Shown here piece after piece: positions 23,214 to 35,978 of a stretch of 64,000 bases of DNA. This DNA comes from Microbotryum violaceum (taxonomy: Eukaryota). The DNA lies in assembly GCA_001244265.2 (NCBI GenBank), contig CDLV01000005.1:1240001-1304000 (forward strand), in the 5' to 3' direction. The notes beneath the pieces were generated by a model, which worked only from the letters and a program-made list of their open reading frames with translations, made no database searches and had not been told where the DNA came from. Each line of letters opens with the position of its first letter. The first letter of the stretch is position 1. The translations under genes were made by a program, and so were the position numbers.

Positions 23214-25748
23214 CTAGAGAACGAACAAGCTCGCGGGTTCAGCGCGTTCTGCGCCTTCTCCCCGGGCTACGGAGGACCATGTAGGCACGGGGAGGCCTAG
23301 TCGTGAGGACGGGTGCGAGCTGACGGTCCCGGCTTGAGCGTCGAGAGGGACTTCAGCGGGCATATAAAATGCTGGCGACGACGAGGTCTGCGAGCGCTTG
23401 TAGGCGTTAAGCAAGAGCTGCGTTGTGGGATCCGCCATGGCCGACTCGGGTCCGGTCGTGAGGCCGAGGCCGTTAGGCATCGTCATCATCGAGGGGAACG
23501 ATGAAGCGTAGGCCAAAGCGAAAGCCGAGTTCAAGGAAGCCGATTGTGAGCTAGGAGTCGAATTCGAAGGCGATGCCGAGGGCATCGAGACCGATGGCAA
23601 CGTTTGGGGAAGAGAGTTGGTAGGCGATGAGAGATTGACTGGGGCGACCGAGGGGGAGTTGAGGTTCAAGAGGGGGATGTTGTAAGGTGCGCAGGAAACG
23701 AAAGGGTTTGCGACCGAGTTGAGCTCGCCCAACGCTAATGGCACAACGCGCGCAGTCGGGACCTGCTGCGCGGCCTGATGGAGGAACTGTGCTGCCTCCT
23801 CTCGAGTCGCCTGCTCGCGACGCTCACGGTCTGCAGCCTGAAACGAGGCCGCGAAGTCGAACTCGACTGGCGGGACGTGGGGCTGGAGATGGGCCTGGAG
23901 AGCCGACGAGGGGGGTGTCGGGTACCGTTCCTCGGGCGACTTGACCCTACTTTCACCACCGAGCAGGTCATCCAAAATACCGTGCCCAGGGTTCTCGACC
24001 GATGCCGCAAAGGAATCAAAGTCGAAGCCGTCCTCTGGGTTCGCGGCGCCAAGTCGGAAGTGGGTCGTGTGAGCCAGTGAAGAATGCAGCGGGTCGTTGG
24101 CGAGGATGGCCTCAAGATCGCTAAGCGTGTCACGATGTAGATCCACAGGCGAACATGACGTGAACACCGGCGAAGGATACTCACTTGCGACCCGATGCTC
24201 GAACGACAGCAGTTTTCTGTCATGACCGTGGGTTGTCGAGTTGGTCTGCGAAGATTCATCGTCACTTCCATCGTCATCGTCGTCATCGTCGCTCTCCACA
24301 TCGTCGCTGTCCGACTCGCCAGACGAGCTCGCGATCCCGTTCGACTCGGGACTCCCTACGAGCGAGAAGGACCCCAATGCCTCGGGAAGTCCAGCCAGCG
24401 TATGGGCACGAGGCCTCCGGACGTTGGGGGCCATCGAGGCGAGCGTCATGACGTTGTCAGAATAGCGCCGCTGCGGAAACACCGTCGGCTCGTGCGCCAG
24501 ATCGAGGAGGCCCGACAGGAGCTCCGCAGGCTTAGAGTAAGCCGGGAACGACGGTGGGACGACGACCTTGGGGACGAGCGGGAAATTGAAAGGTGCGAGG
24601 CCCGGATTGTTCGGTGGCGGCGCCGGCCCGGGTGCAGACTTGTTCGCTGCAGCAGAGGGCTGAGTCTTGGTGTTGGCGCCGCTCTTGAGGGACGGAGTTT
24701 TTTCGAGTTTCTTGTTCGACACGGTCGGGGGCGACAAGGTCGACGTGCGCTTTTTTCGAACCGCCTTTGTTGCCGAAATGTCCTCGGCTTTCCGATCGTG
24801 CAGGCGAGCATGCCGGTTCAACGTGTCCCTGTGGGCGTATAAACCGTGCGCCAGCGTCAGTCAGGCCATCACCCTCGACATGCGCCATTTGTATGGGTGT
24901 GTTGGACCTCCTCGTGCTTTTGAGTGCAGGCGAGAGCGTAACACAGGAGCACGTGCGTCTAAAACTCCGGGGGCGGACCATGAAGCCCAATGGATTTTCA
25001 CTACTGGTCTCACGCCAGCGCGCGGCCGGGTTTCAAATCGGCAGCTGACCTCGAGTCGACGATTTGGATGACGGCTGGGCGAGCGCGCGCGCTTCTCTAC
25101 GAGATGGCCCTCCGAGGCCGAGCCCCCGACGCCAGCCGCCAGTTGGGCAGCGAGGCAATGATTGAGGGCAGTACCTGAGCACTTACTGTCGCGCAAAGGT
25201 CTTGCGGCACGTCGAGCAAGCATAAGGTCGATCAAGAGTGTCTGTAGGGAGAGGATGCATGTTGTGAGCAGGTGTTTGGCGTGCCCATGTCCGATCAACA
25301 AGTCGACGGGCTTCGCGGCGGGGTGGTATGCACTGCGCGGTGGTTCTCTAGCTTCCACCCGCGGGCTCGTGCCGCTGATCGGAAGTCGTTTCCCCCAACT
25401 TTCCTGCGGCGAAATCGGCCGGGGCCCCCCGATCTGGTGCGCATCCCCGGCTGAAAAATGTGGCGGTCGAAATGCGAGTTCTGGAGCTAGTGTGGGCCCA
25501 AAGACGACCGACGAAGAAGGAACCACTCACGCGTTCGTTCGTGGCGTTGAGCATGCTCGAGCTTCTTAAACGACTGTAGAGTGGTGTACCAATCGTCAGC
25601 GTCGGCTCGTGGCTCCCACAACCCCGACTGCGCTCGCGTTCGGCACCGGGGTCGGCCTGCGCACTCCAGAGGCGGCGCGGGTCATGCGACGACCTCGGAC
25701 GGGCATCAAAGGGGGACTGACCATGGGGCAGTACGCGCAATATGTCAT
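23214..25748 (-). CDS. C2H2 zinc-finger transcription factor with two N-terminal fingers; exons 25748-25722, 25573-25531, 25241-25187, 24828-23214
   Basis: Spliced N-terminus MTYCAYCPM|SFKKLEHAQRHERT|HTLDRPYACSTCRKTFAR|QDTLNRHARLH gives two C2H2 fingers with a TGEKP-like linker, followed by an acidic, Ser/Pro-rich region. An in-frame upstream ATG at ~25844 is an alternative start. Confidence 0.88.
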
Positions 25749-27047
25749 CTTGGGCTCTCGAGTTGACGAACTCGTGGTCCATGGACCAGACACTGTAGCC
25801 GAACTGGGGTCATGAGCGACAGAAGCCTTCGTCGCCGACACCATACTGCAAACGCCCACGAGGAGTCGAGTCGAGTCGTCTTTGGGCCGATCGCGAGTCG
25901 TCGCGCAGACACTCGAGTCGACGAGATGATCAAGGGAGACCGGAAGGGGGCACGAGAAAAGGACGCCGAACGAGCCGTGGTCGAGCAAAGGTCGCTATTC
26001 GTCTACGGTGGCCCAGGTCGTGTCGAGTCGAAAGGGTGGTGTGTCGTCAGGTGACAAACGTCAATGCAGCCCTGATGCAGTGCCAAGTTGCGCGACGCAC
26101 TGGTGGTTTGGAGGTGAGACCGGGGAGCGCCTGAGGCGCTTGGGGCTTCTGCTGCCGTGCTCTCGCCTGCAAATGGGCGAGCGAGCAAACGAAGGCTCAG
26201 GCTGTCCAAGGGTAGGTAAACGACCTTCTCTCGGAACCGATCTTCTATGCGCGCGCAAGCACTTCGGCTTCGAAGACAGTCCGAACATCGCAGACTCGTC
26301 TGTCATGTCACTTTCAGCTGTTCGGTTCGGTTAAATTTCCCGACCATTTCGAGCCCAGGCTCGGTTGCTTCTTTCTGTTCAATCAGGAGTCAGAGCAAAT
26401 GTAGCACTCCTGTTCCACGGGCCCACGGCGATCGAGTGGCGCCCGTCGCGATTTCCCGAGGGATTTCAGTTCAGCAGCGTCGGAACGGGAACACGCAACA
26501 CGACTTTATGTGTATCTGAGTTACGGTGAGCTTTCATTGACTGTACGACGAGCATCACTTGCCGATGGGTGTCTACGGCGTCGCGCTGATGCCTGAGAGA
26601 GGGATCTTTTTTTTTTAGGTAGTTCAGAGCCAATTCGGCCGCTTCGCCCGGCCGATTAGCCGCGCGACCGTCGAGCCTTCGCCACTACTCGGACAGACCT
26701 CCTTAAACACGTGGGAATGTCGAGCTACCTATTACTCACGATCAGGCCCTTCATGGCTCAGATAAAGATTTCGTGTTTTTGTTTTGTCGACGCACCAGTA
26801 GAGTTGCGGCTCGAATGCGAGCAGAATTTATAATTGTCAAAAGAGTTCCTTCATCAACAGTCAATTTCGAACCGGTCAAAATTGCCGAAAATAGCCACGT
26901 TTAGGTGCCCGCGCGACGCCGACGACCCAAAGAAAAAGGATATTGCCAGGCACGCCGGACCCAATCTCGGAACGGCCCCGTGACTTGGCCCAAGTCGAAT
27001 TGATCGTCCGGCCTCCGCGCGCGTCGCACGCCTTGCTGCCGGCTACT

Positions 27048-27066
27048 GCAGCAGCAGCAGCAGCAG
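27048..27066. repeat. (CAG)6 microsatellite, intergenic
   Basis: gcagcagcagcagcagcag. Confidence 0.85.
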
Positions 27067-28716
27067 TGCAAGCAGTTGCAGGTTCGTACATTCTTGCCCC
27101 CTTGCTAATGCAAAGCTCAAAATTCACTTCTGAGCCGTCTGGACGCTAACCGCCGTCCAGAACCCCATTACTAGTAAGCACACTGCTTGATCTCGATTCT
27201 CTACAGGACGATAGGATAGTATACTGTCCGCCCATGTAGACACCATTAGACACCAAGGTATACTCTCAAATTGCTTTACGGTAGGGTTTATCAACTTCAA
27301 ATGGTAGATGGTGTTAACCTAGCGAGCAAGATATTCTTTCGAGCTTGGGTGAGCGGATTGTGAGGGCCAGACGCAATTCGAAATTGCGAAGCGGCGATCA
27401 CAGGGCGAAGTCGACGAACGACGAAGAAAAAGACGGTGAAACGCTTGAGTTGAGTTGCAGGGGATAATGCAACTACAGTCGGTAGATAAGATGTGTACGA
27501 GACGGATCGGTAACTAGGCGAGGTGTTGAGTTCAGTTAACGATGACCGAAAGATTGAAAGAGGAAATTGGAAGGTAGTCCGTTAAGTTCGGACGAGACGG
27601 CGGCCTCACACAGACCTTTCCGCCCTTTATGACGCTTGCCAACCCTCGAAACTGCTACAGCAACAGGTAGGTAGTCAATTACTGGATGCAAGATCTCACA
27701 CGAGTGTACCACAGGGCTGGAATCCCAACTGTGCCTCGTACCAAAGTATCATCTTGTGGCGTCCCCCCCAGTTCGACGTCACCGACGTGGGCGCATAACG
27801 TAGGCCGCAGCGCGCAGCAGCCTCTGGAACCGCTGACTGCGGTTCGGCTTCAAATTAAGCCCGCCTTTCCCGCCTTTCACTTGGCCACGTCAGCGTCTCC
27901 GAGACGTCGTCAAGACTCGGAGCCGAGGAGAACTTCTTAAATAGCGACCTGGTACTTATTTTATTTAAGGTACCTAGACAGGCGGCAATCGTCTGCAGTG
28001 CTGGGATGTGCCAGAGGGTATATGACGTGAGGCTGCGCCCGTTGCTAGCCACTACATTTAACGGTGGTCTGAAATGAATTGAATACACGATGTCCTCACC
28101 ACTGAACACGCTCACACACTACCTTTTTAGCTTGCATCAGGCTCCCGAGCAAGGCAATTAATAAAGGTAAAGCCCACCACCCTGTTATAGAACGACCGAC
28201 TAAGCACCACGTGCCTGGCGCGACCCCCGGAACTTCGTCGACTGGCAGGAGGCACAGGGGTTGACCTTCATTCTGATCCCGGCTTGCCGACTTGGTTCGC
28301 TATTCACCATCAGCTGGTGACACTGCATGCGTGAGTTATCCCTTGACATGGCTGTGCAGTCTTGGGCATGAGGGTAACTGATATGAAAAACAGACATTGG
28401 ACGTCAGTGACACAGCGGAAGGATTGACTTCGTACGGTTGAGAATCCGGGTTAATTTCGCACCTCCCTGGGCCTTTGTAACTTGAATTTTACCAGCCACA
28501 TCCGGCAGAGGCTACAGTGTATCTGCTCACTCCTCGTCCCGGATCGTCAATTCATCTCGAACGATCAATGGCAGGAAGGCCCGAAAGGGCCTGACCTGAG
28601 CGAGGTAGGTATCCCCAACAGACCCGAACACTTCTGTGTCGCGTCGTCGTATCCAACACAGTTCAAACATTATTGGAGGTGAGTGCCGTCCTCGTGCGAC
28701 TCCACTCCGAAGAACA

Positions 28717-28814
28717 CTCGGACGTACGGTCACCTCGGACGTACGGTAACTCGGACGTCGGCGGTGTCAGCGTGACCGAACGAGCCGCGACTCTCTCGTC
28801 GGATGCTTCCGAGG
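28717..28814 (+). promoter_or_regulatory. Tandem CTCGGACGTACGGT repeats with CCTCGG/CCGAGG motifs, ~340-430 bp upstream of the HSDL2-like gene
   Basis: 14-mer at 28717-28730 and 28734-28747, partial third copy from 28750; CCTCGG 28733-28738; CCGAGG 28809-28814. Function is inferred. Confidence 0.45.
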
Positions 28815-29149
28815 AACGATCCGGGCGCGCCGACATTACATTAGCACTTGCCTTACTAATGAAAGCTCGTGGTTTTGCACGTGATCCGAGACGCCGATCC
28901 AGAAGCATCCCATCCAGGGTATTCTGTGGGAAGAACCTACCGGCTTTCTTGCCTCACTCTGCGACGAATCCCAACCTCTTCAACAGCGGATCACGGTCGC
29001 CGCCGGACTGCACCGGTACCCCGCGTCCTCAAACTCCGGCCCCGCTTGCCGCCCTCTCAGCCCCCACATCGACTTCCCAAGGACGACCTTCCTCTGGCTT
29101 CTCAGACCTTTCAAATTGATTCCCTACATACCTCTGGTCACTTGAAGTC

Positions 29150-30580
29150 ATGTCGCTCGCTAAAGCTCCTGTCGTCTTCATCTCGGGTAGTAGTCGAGGT
29201 ATTGGACTCGCTGTGGCGTTGGCTTTGGCTCGTGTTGGAGCTAAAGTGACGATCGCTGCCAAGACGTGAGTCGCATGCGGGGTAAGTGGAAATGCCTAGG
29301 AGTGAATGAGGAACTAATTCTCGAGCTTAATTGTAGAGCCACTATTCATCCCAAGTTACCGGGGACGATCTACACCGCTGCTGAAGAGGTCGAGAAAGCC
29401 GGAGGGCAGGCGTTACCGCTCGTCGTGGACATTCGATCTAATGAGGCTGTTGAAGAGGTGGATATTCACGGCTCGCGGGGAATTAGGAGGAATGGACTCC
29501 TAAATGTTTTCTCGTTTTGCGGACAGGCTATGGAACAGACAGCATCCAAGTTCGGTGGGATCGATATCGTCGTCAACAATGTAAGTCGCTCTGGACGCTG
29601 GTTGGGACCGACTGGGAAGAAGCGAACTGAACCTTGGGAACTTCTTTACGGGGTATGCGAAAAGGCTTCGGCCATCTCCTTGACGACGAGTGACAAGACT
29701 TCAATGAAGACTTATGATTTGATGAACTCGATCAACTCGCGCGGAACTTATCTCGTCACCAAGGTCAGTCTTACCCAACTCGCGACGAGGAGAGCTAAAA
29801 CTCTGACCTCCCTTCTACCAACGAAACCCACAGACGGCCGTCCCTCACCTCCTAGAATCCGCCAAAAAGGGTCGCAACCCACACATCCTGACCTTTTCCC
29901 CACCTCCAGAAGGAAATCTTACCCCTGAAGCTCTAGGTCCGATGGGTGCTTACGCCATCGCCAAAGTCGGCATGTCATTGGCTACGTTGGGTTTTGCGGG
30001 AGAATTGAAGGGGAAGGTCGCTTCGAATGGTACGCCACGTTGACGTGCGATTCTCAATCCTTCCTGAATTAATAACTCACTTTGTCGGATGTTCTCGGAG
30101 GTCAGCACTCTGGCCACTCACGTACATCTCGACGGAAGCGATCCGCCTCATCATGAGTGAAGAAGGACGGCAATTGGCGAGGGATCCAACCATCATGGCC
30201 GATGCGGCGTTCGCGATGCTCAACAAGCCCAGCGCTTCTTATACGTCAGTATCAGTATTTTGAGAATTGAGTGGATGAAATGAGGGGCAGGAGGCTGATG
30301 GTTTGGTGTTTTGGCTTGCCTACTAGGGGTCAATTCGAGATTGATGAGATCTTCCTTCGGAGGGATCAAGGGTACGTCTAAGTTCTACATCTCCTTCCCA
30401 AACCCGAAACTCAAGCTCATCCCAAGCATTTCTTTTCGTCTCAGGTACAACTCCAAAAAGCTCTCCAAATACGGTCGCGTACCCTTCGCCGAATTACAAG
30501 AAGATTTGTTCATCCCTCAATGGGTGAGGGATCAAGTTCAACGTCTTCGGGAGGACGATCCGACGTCCAAGGGGTTGTAA
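29150..30580 (+). CDS. Short-chain dehydrogenase, HSDL2-like (no SCP2 domain), multi-exon
   Basis: VVFISGSSRGIGLAVALALARVGAKVTIAAKT|ATIHPKLPGTIYTAAEEVEKAGGQALP is characteristic of HSDL2. Also FGGIDIVVNN|ASAISLT, YDLMNSINSRGT, catalytic YAIAK, and R.PTIMADAA. Confidence 0.92.
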
Positions 30581-30746
30581 AGGGAGGATTGAATTGACGA
30601 CATATGATAAGTTGGCAGATTTTGGTTGTTGCGATAAGAATGCATTTTTTACTTCATTACACGGCGTAGAACCAGAAACTGCGGATGGCTGAGAATGATA
30701 TACAGGATAAACCAAGACTCGGTGTCATCACTCTAACACAGCCTTC

Positions 30747-33242
30747 TTAACCATCGAGTTTATGTAAAGCGATGTAACAAAATATCTGATCCCTCGGTGG
30801 GGTGTAAGCGAGTTTTGACGTCTCGGTCACTTCACCTTCGATACCATCCGGGACCGCATCGATTTTCTATGGGCCGAACCAAAGGAGGACGTGGTCAGCT
30901 TGAGAGCAGAATAGTGTAGGCTTGCCGTCGTGCACGTAATCAGTACTGACCATAGTCAAGAAAGGTTGGAAATCGACCGCCGAATCTCGCTTGCACATGG
31001 CGAAGATTTGGTTCCGCACATGTTGACAGACCAGTCTCACGGCCCAACGTGGTTCAATGTTGCGTTCCCCTGGACCGACTGTCATCACGAACAAGAGTTC
31101 GTGAGTCAATGTCAGTTCCTGGTTTGGGATGGAAGACCAGAGGGAGCAGGAGAAGACGTACAAATTTGCTCAGTGTAAGAATAGGCCCGTTCGGCCGTGG
31201 ATGCTCGGTCAAAGAGTTCAGCCAGGGTCATGGAGACGCCTGCTCGGAGGTCGTAGATGAGAGCGCAGTAAAGGAATCCGGGTCGTTCGGGGCAGTCGAG
31301 GGGGAGGGTTTTGGCGGCTTGAGCGTCTGGTTATACGAAGGCCAGGATGAGGACGGTCAGATTATGAAGAGCGATCAATGGTTTAGTGAACAACGTACAC
31401 ATCTTTGCCGCGGCCAAACTCATCTCCTTATGATAAAACCAATAAGGCCCGACATGCCTCCGATTTTCCCTCATCCTCGCCTTCTCAGCCAAGACATACC
31501 CGACCATAGCCCCCGCCGATGCGATAGGCATCGATTGGTAGCCGTAGAACTCTCGAGGGTCTTGCTGGGGGTTTATTTGGCCGGACGTGGAGGCGCATTC
31601 GTCGATGATGGCTTCGGCGACGACCGTGAGGTCTTCGAGGGAGATGGGGGTGCCGTCGCGCCATTTGCGGGCTTGACGATGCGCTTTTTGGAGGGCTTCT
31701 GTTCGTTACCTCAGGGGCGAGAGATGTTGTGTGTGTCAGTTCAAGTTCCGGTGGATACGTGTGAGGAGGGAGATAGAGATGTGCACGAACGCATGTAGAT
31801 GCATCGGACCTTCCTCCCCCACGTGTAATCGAAGATGTCGCTGACGCCTTGCGTCGCTTCGGGGATCTGGGCCCATCGAGTCGAAACGGTCGTGAGGATG
31901 TTGAGGATCTGCTCATAGATGTAAATGGCCTCGATGCTAAGCGAAGAAGTGAGACATGACAAGAAACGTCAGAACTGAGGGTTGGGGGAGAGGGCGTGGT
32001 AAGCAAAGATCGGCATGCTCACAGATTGTTGTTGATGTCTTTGAGCCAAGCATGTACGAGCTGTGTTCGTAGATAGGCCGCAAGGCCCGTTCTTGGACTG
32101 CACGAGAGAGCGCAAAAATCAGCATCGTGATGCCATGAACCGCGCAATGGCCAGTACTGACTTTGTCCAATCGCCATTCGCCTTGCTGACCCGCTCCTCG
32201 ACGTCCTCGAGGATAGCCTCGACGGTATAAGGAGCTTGTGCCGGCGGTTGCGGTTGATCCTCCGTAACAAGAGGTCCCAATCCTGCCCAATCTGCCGTTC
32301 GTTCGCCCATGAGGTCCATCCTGACCTGTAGGCTGAGGGTTTCGAAGAAATCGTGCACCGCACTGACGGACGCTCCGAGAGGGGGATGGAATCCGCGTGG
32401 GTTGATGATCAGGGATTGTGCGAACCTCGATACGGCCTGATGCGGGATGACGTGAAAACCCTCTTCCGATTTCTGCTCCATCAGTCGTAAAACAGCGTAT
32501 TGACACCAATCAAAGGCATCGGCCATGGAAGCCGCTGCGGGAAGTTGGGATTCGACTCGTAGGACGGCTTCCAGGCCTTTGTCTTCGTTGACGAGTTTCT
32601 GGTAGCGACCGTAGGGACTATCTTCTAGATTGTCGTAGAGGATGTCGGGTCGTTGGGAGAGGAGGAGGGAGGCGCGGGCATGTTCCTTGACGGCGCTTCG
32701 GGATTGACAGAGACGAGTTTTGGTGGGTTCATCCGGGGCTCGTTTGATCGCTTCATCGTCTGTGGGGGGGCCGGCAAGCACGAGGGTGAGCACGCTGGGA
32801 AGGAATTGCGGATGATGTAATGTACTCTGTCCTCACACGCGGCTACTGCGTCGTCAAAGTCATGCAACTGAGCCAAGGCCTCTGCCCTCCTAGCCCACGG
32901 TCTGGCCCAGTCCGGATCGCAAGTGGCTGCCATTCCCGCAGAGAGCAGGGCGAGATCATGCCGGAATGCATGCAAATCCGACGCGGCCCTGTTGGACCAG
33001 AGCATGGACCGCTGCTTGAACAAGGCGACGCCCCTCTCAAAGTCCTCTCGCTTGTTGGCGTGGACCTGGACGTCGAGCACGGTGTCCGAGTTGAGTTCCA
33101 AGGCGGAGATGTAGTGCGAGACGGCTCGGTCCCATTCGCCGCGTCGGAAGGCGACGTTGCCCCGTTCTTTGTGTTGCTCGATCGTCGCATGGGCTGCGGC
33201 GAGGGATTCTGCTGTTGGTGGAGTGTCGGGTGTGGGCTCCAT
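30747..33242 (-). CDS. TPR-repeat protein with an unrecognised C-terminal region, multi-exon
   Basis: TPR helices HKERGNVAFRRGEWDRAVSHYISALEL, LWSNRAASDL and DPDWARPWARRAEALAQLHDFDDAVAA. The 3' exons splice in frame to KIDAV...LHKLDG* (TAA 30749-30747). Middle exon boundaries were not all traced. Confidence 0.75.
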
Positions 33243-33659
33243 GCTGCGTTGGAGGTTGGGGTACGGCGGAGTCTTGTCTCCCCGGGGCGGTGAACGGGTG
33301 ATGTCAGGCTCAGGCTCCGGTGTGGGATGCAGGATGTGAATATTCACGTGGTGCGGAAGTCTTGCGAACGAGTCCAAAGTCCAAAACTGAGCAAGCTGCC
33401 TCGTCGGCACCGGTATGGCTGTTTGTGAGCTCTGATGGAGCGACCTATTCCCTATTTAGCTAGGCAAAGTTCAGTTCCTGCGGGCCATCCATGGAGCACG
33501 AGTCGAGTTCCTATACGCGAGAGTACGCAAGACGCGAGGGGGAATAAAGGAAGGAGGAAGAAGCCACAAGTGCCAGTCAAAAGTGCCCTCGCTCAGCGCT
33601 CATCTGCGTTCCCCATCTGTACCCAAGCTCACACAGCCCCCCCACCTCGCTCTGGGACG

Positions 33660-35538
33660 ATGTTTACGCTCGACACCTACCTGGGCCACGTGCAGCGACT
33701 GTACGCCTCGGCTCCGACTGAGCTCGTGCAGCTCATCTCGTTCGACGGCGAAGCTGCGATCGTCCAACAACTCTCCCAGTTGCTCAACGTTAGTACAGCC
33801 CCTCCTCGAACCTCCCTTCTTGAACCCAATTCACTTCCTGGTGTGATCGCCTACAGAGCACTCCGGCCTTACGCTCAACGTCCTACAGCTCGCACGTTCG
33901 TTCATTCTTCTCTGACTCGCGCCCGTTCGCCGACTTGATCGCTGCCTATCTCTTGTTCTGTCGGGATGCCCCACCCCCTGACGAAGCCGATGATCCGACT
34001 GCACTCAACACTTCCTATTCGCTACTTGAGGATTGCTACAAGTGCGTACAGCGTCGCCCTAGGCCCCGTCCCCTCGGCGGTTGCGCTCATGTGGGGGTCG
34101 TCCTTTTCCCTTTTTACAGACAAGCGGACAAGCTCTTTGCGCAGGGCGACTCGGCATGGTTTGTCCCCATACTAAGGTCCTTGACTTCGACCTTGATCCA
34201 AGTTGCTCTCAAGGTCCGTTTTCGCTCTTTATAAGAATACCCTGAGGGAACTGATCACCCTCGAGTTTTCGACCAAGGCCGGAACGATTATGGGCGATCG
34301 CAAGTTGATCAAAGCGGGCGAAGCAGCAAGATTACTTTCCCGACCCATGGGAGTAGCTGCTTCCGATAGGTACGTCGACGCATCTTAGTAGTCGTACCCT
34401 TAAACCTCCCACTATGCCTAAAGCGCCTCCCCCCCTCCTTCCCCACAGGTCCAAAGAAACCCCCTCTAAACGTTCCGCGCTCTTCTTCCTCGTCAACTCG
34501 ACCTTCAAAGTCTATTTTGCGATGCACAACCTCCGACTGTGCGACACAATCTTATCCAACACCTCCAACGCGGTAGGCGGTTCGTTTTCGGAGGAGAGAT
34601 TTTACCCTAAAAGCGATCGGGTGACGTTCGCTTATTATAGGGGGAGGGTATGGTTGTATCAGAGGAGGTTGCCGTTGGCGAGGAATGAGTTGAGGAAAGC
34701 TCTAGGCTTGGTCGAAGAACAGGCTTGGGGGAATACCAGGTCAGTACGAAAACAGATGGTGGCTAGAACATCAGAGGGAAATTGACCCCTTCATTCTTCT
34801 CCTAGATTGATTTTGATCTACTTGATCGCCGCTTCTTTACCGCTCGGAATACTTCCTACCGTCCATCTTCTTCGAGAGTACGACCTCGACGATCAATACG
34901 AAGGCCTATTGCTCGCACTGACAGTAAGTGACTCTGGTCACTTGCTCTTCCCCGGACGGAAGGGCTGATTGCATCCCACTCTTTCCTCTCTACAGAAAGG
35001 CAACTATGTCCAAGTGCTTGCCGAACTGGACCGCCATCGCGCATGGCACCTCTCAAAAGGAAACTACCTCCTACTAAAAGAAAAACTCCAAGTCATTTGT
35101 TGGCGCAACCTAGTTCGAACGACGTGAGTCGACAAAAGTCATCGCTTCCTAGGAGCCATTCCGGAAAGCTGACGTGTGAAAGGAGATCGTCACGACTCGC
35201 CAGTTTGTTGATCATGACCCATGGCAAACCTTTACCCCCTTCGGGACCACCTACCTTGTCGTTGAATGCGCTGGTGGTGACGGCTAGAATCGCGTTTGGG
35301 GATCAGAGTTTGGATTTGGATGATGTTGAGGGGATGTGTACTTCGTTGATGGATCAGGTGGGTTGCAGTTCTTGTCGGATCGGGGGGAGCGGTTCGAGCT
35401 GACGCTGTATCGATTCAAATGCTTTTCTGATTTGCTCAGGGTTATCTCAAAGCCTACATCATGCACTCGAAAGTGTTGTTGGTATTGCAGAAGTCGGCGT
35501 CGTTTGGATTCCCTCTCATCTCGAGCGTACATCCCTAG
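33660..35538 (+). CDS. PCI-domain protein, CSN12/PCID2/Thp1-like, multi-exon
   Basis: SKRSALFFLVNSTFKVYFAMHNLRLC; YPKSDRVTFAYYRGR; LILIYLIAASLPLGILP; LLLKEKLQVICWRNL; DDVEGMCTSLMDQ|GYLKAYIMH...VLVLQK...GFP. Confidence 0.88.
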
Positions 35539-35978
35539 GACGCATTGCAGTGCGACGTCTTGGGGAGAGACGTTTAAAGGCGGCGGGCTGACTCGGAGGA
35601 TTGTTGCTACCCACTGGGTTCTACTTGGACCTGTCGGACTACTTTGACCACGAAAGAAATATGTTGTAATCTTGTACCCATGAACGATGACAGCGAACGG
35701 TACCAACCATACAAATCGGGACAAATTCACGTGTGATGCCGGTGCCTTACTACTAACTTGATCGATGCGGCGCTCCACTTTTTTTTCGCAGCCTCAGCCT
35801 GCGTCGGCCCGTTAGCCTCCGTTATTAGCCCTCGTTAGCCGCTCAAAGGTCCGTCCGGTCCGCGCCCACACCAGCCGACACCCCTTTCTTCTCGACCCCG
35901 TCCTGGCCTTTTCTTGCTGTGTCGCTCTTTGCTTCCCTCCCACACTCTCCTCCTCTTTCTCGAGCAACATTCGGGAAT

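Noticed and set aside
28717-28765. Short direct repeats as a CRISPR-like array
   Set aside because: Only 2-3 copies of 14 bp with 2-3-nt gaps, no spacers, and a eukaryotic context.
30560-30600. Peroxisomal PTS1 or readthrough-encoded PTS1 on the HSDL2-like protein
   Set aside because: It ends -KGL with TAA-A. This is neither a canonical SKL-type tripeptide nor a TGA-CTA readthrough context.
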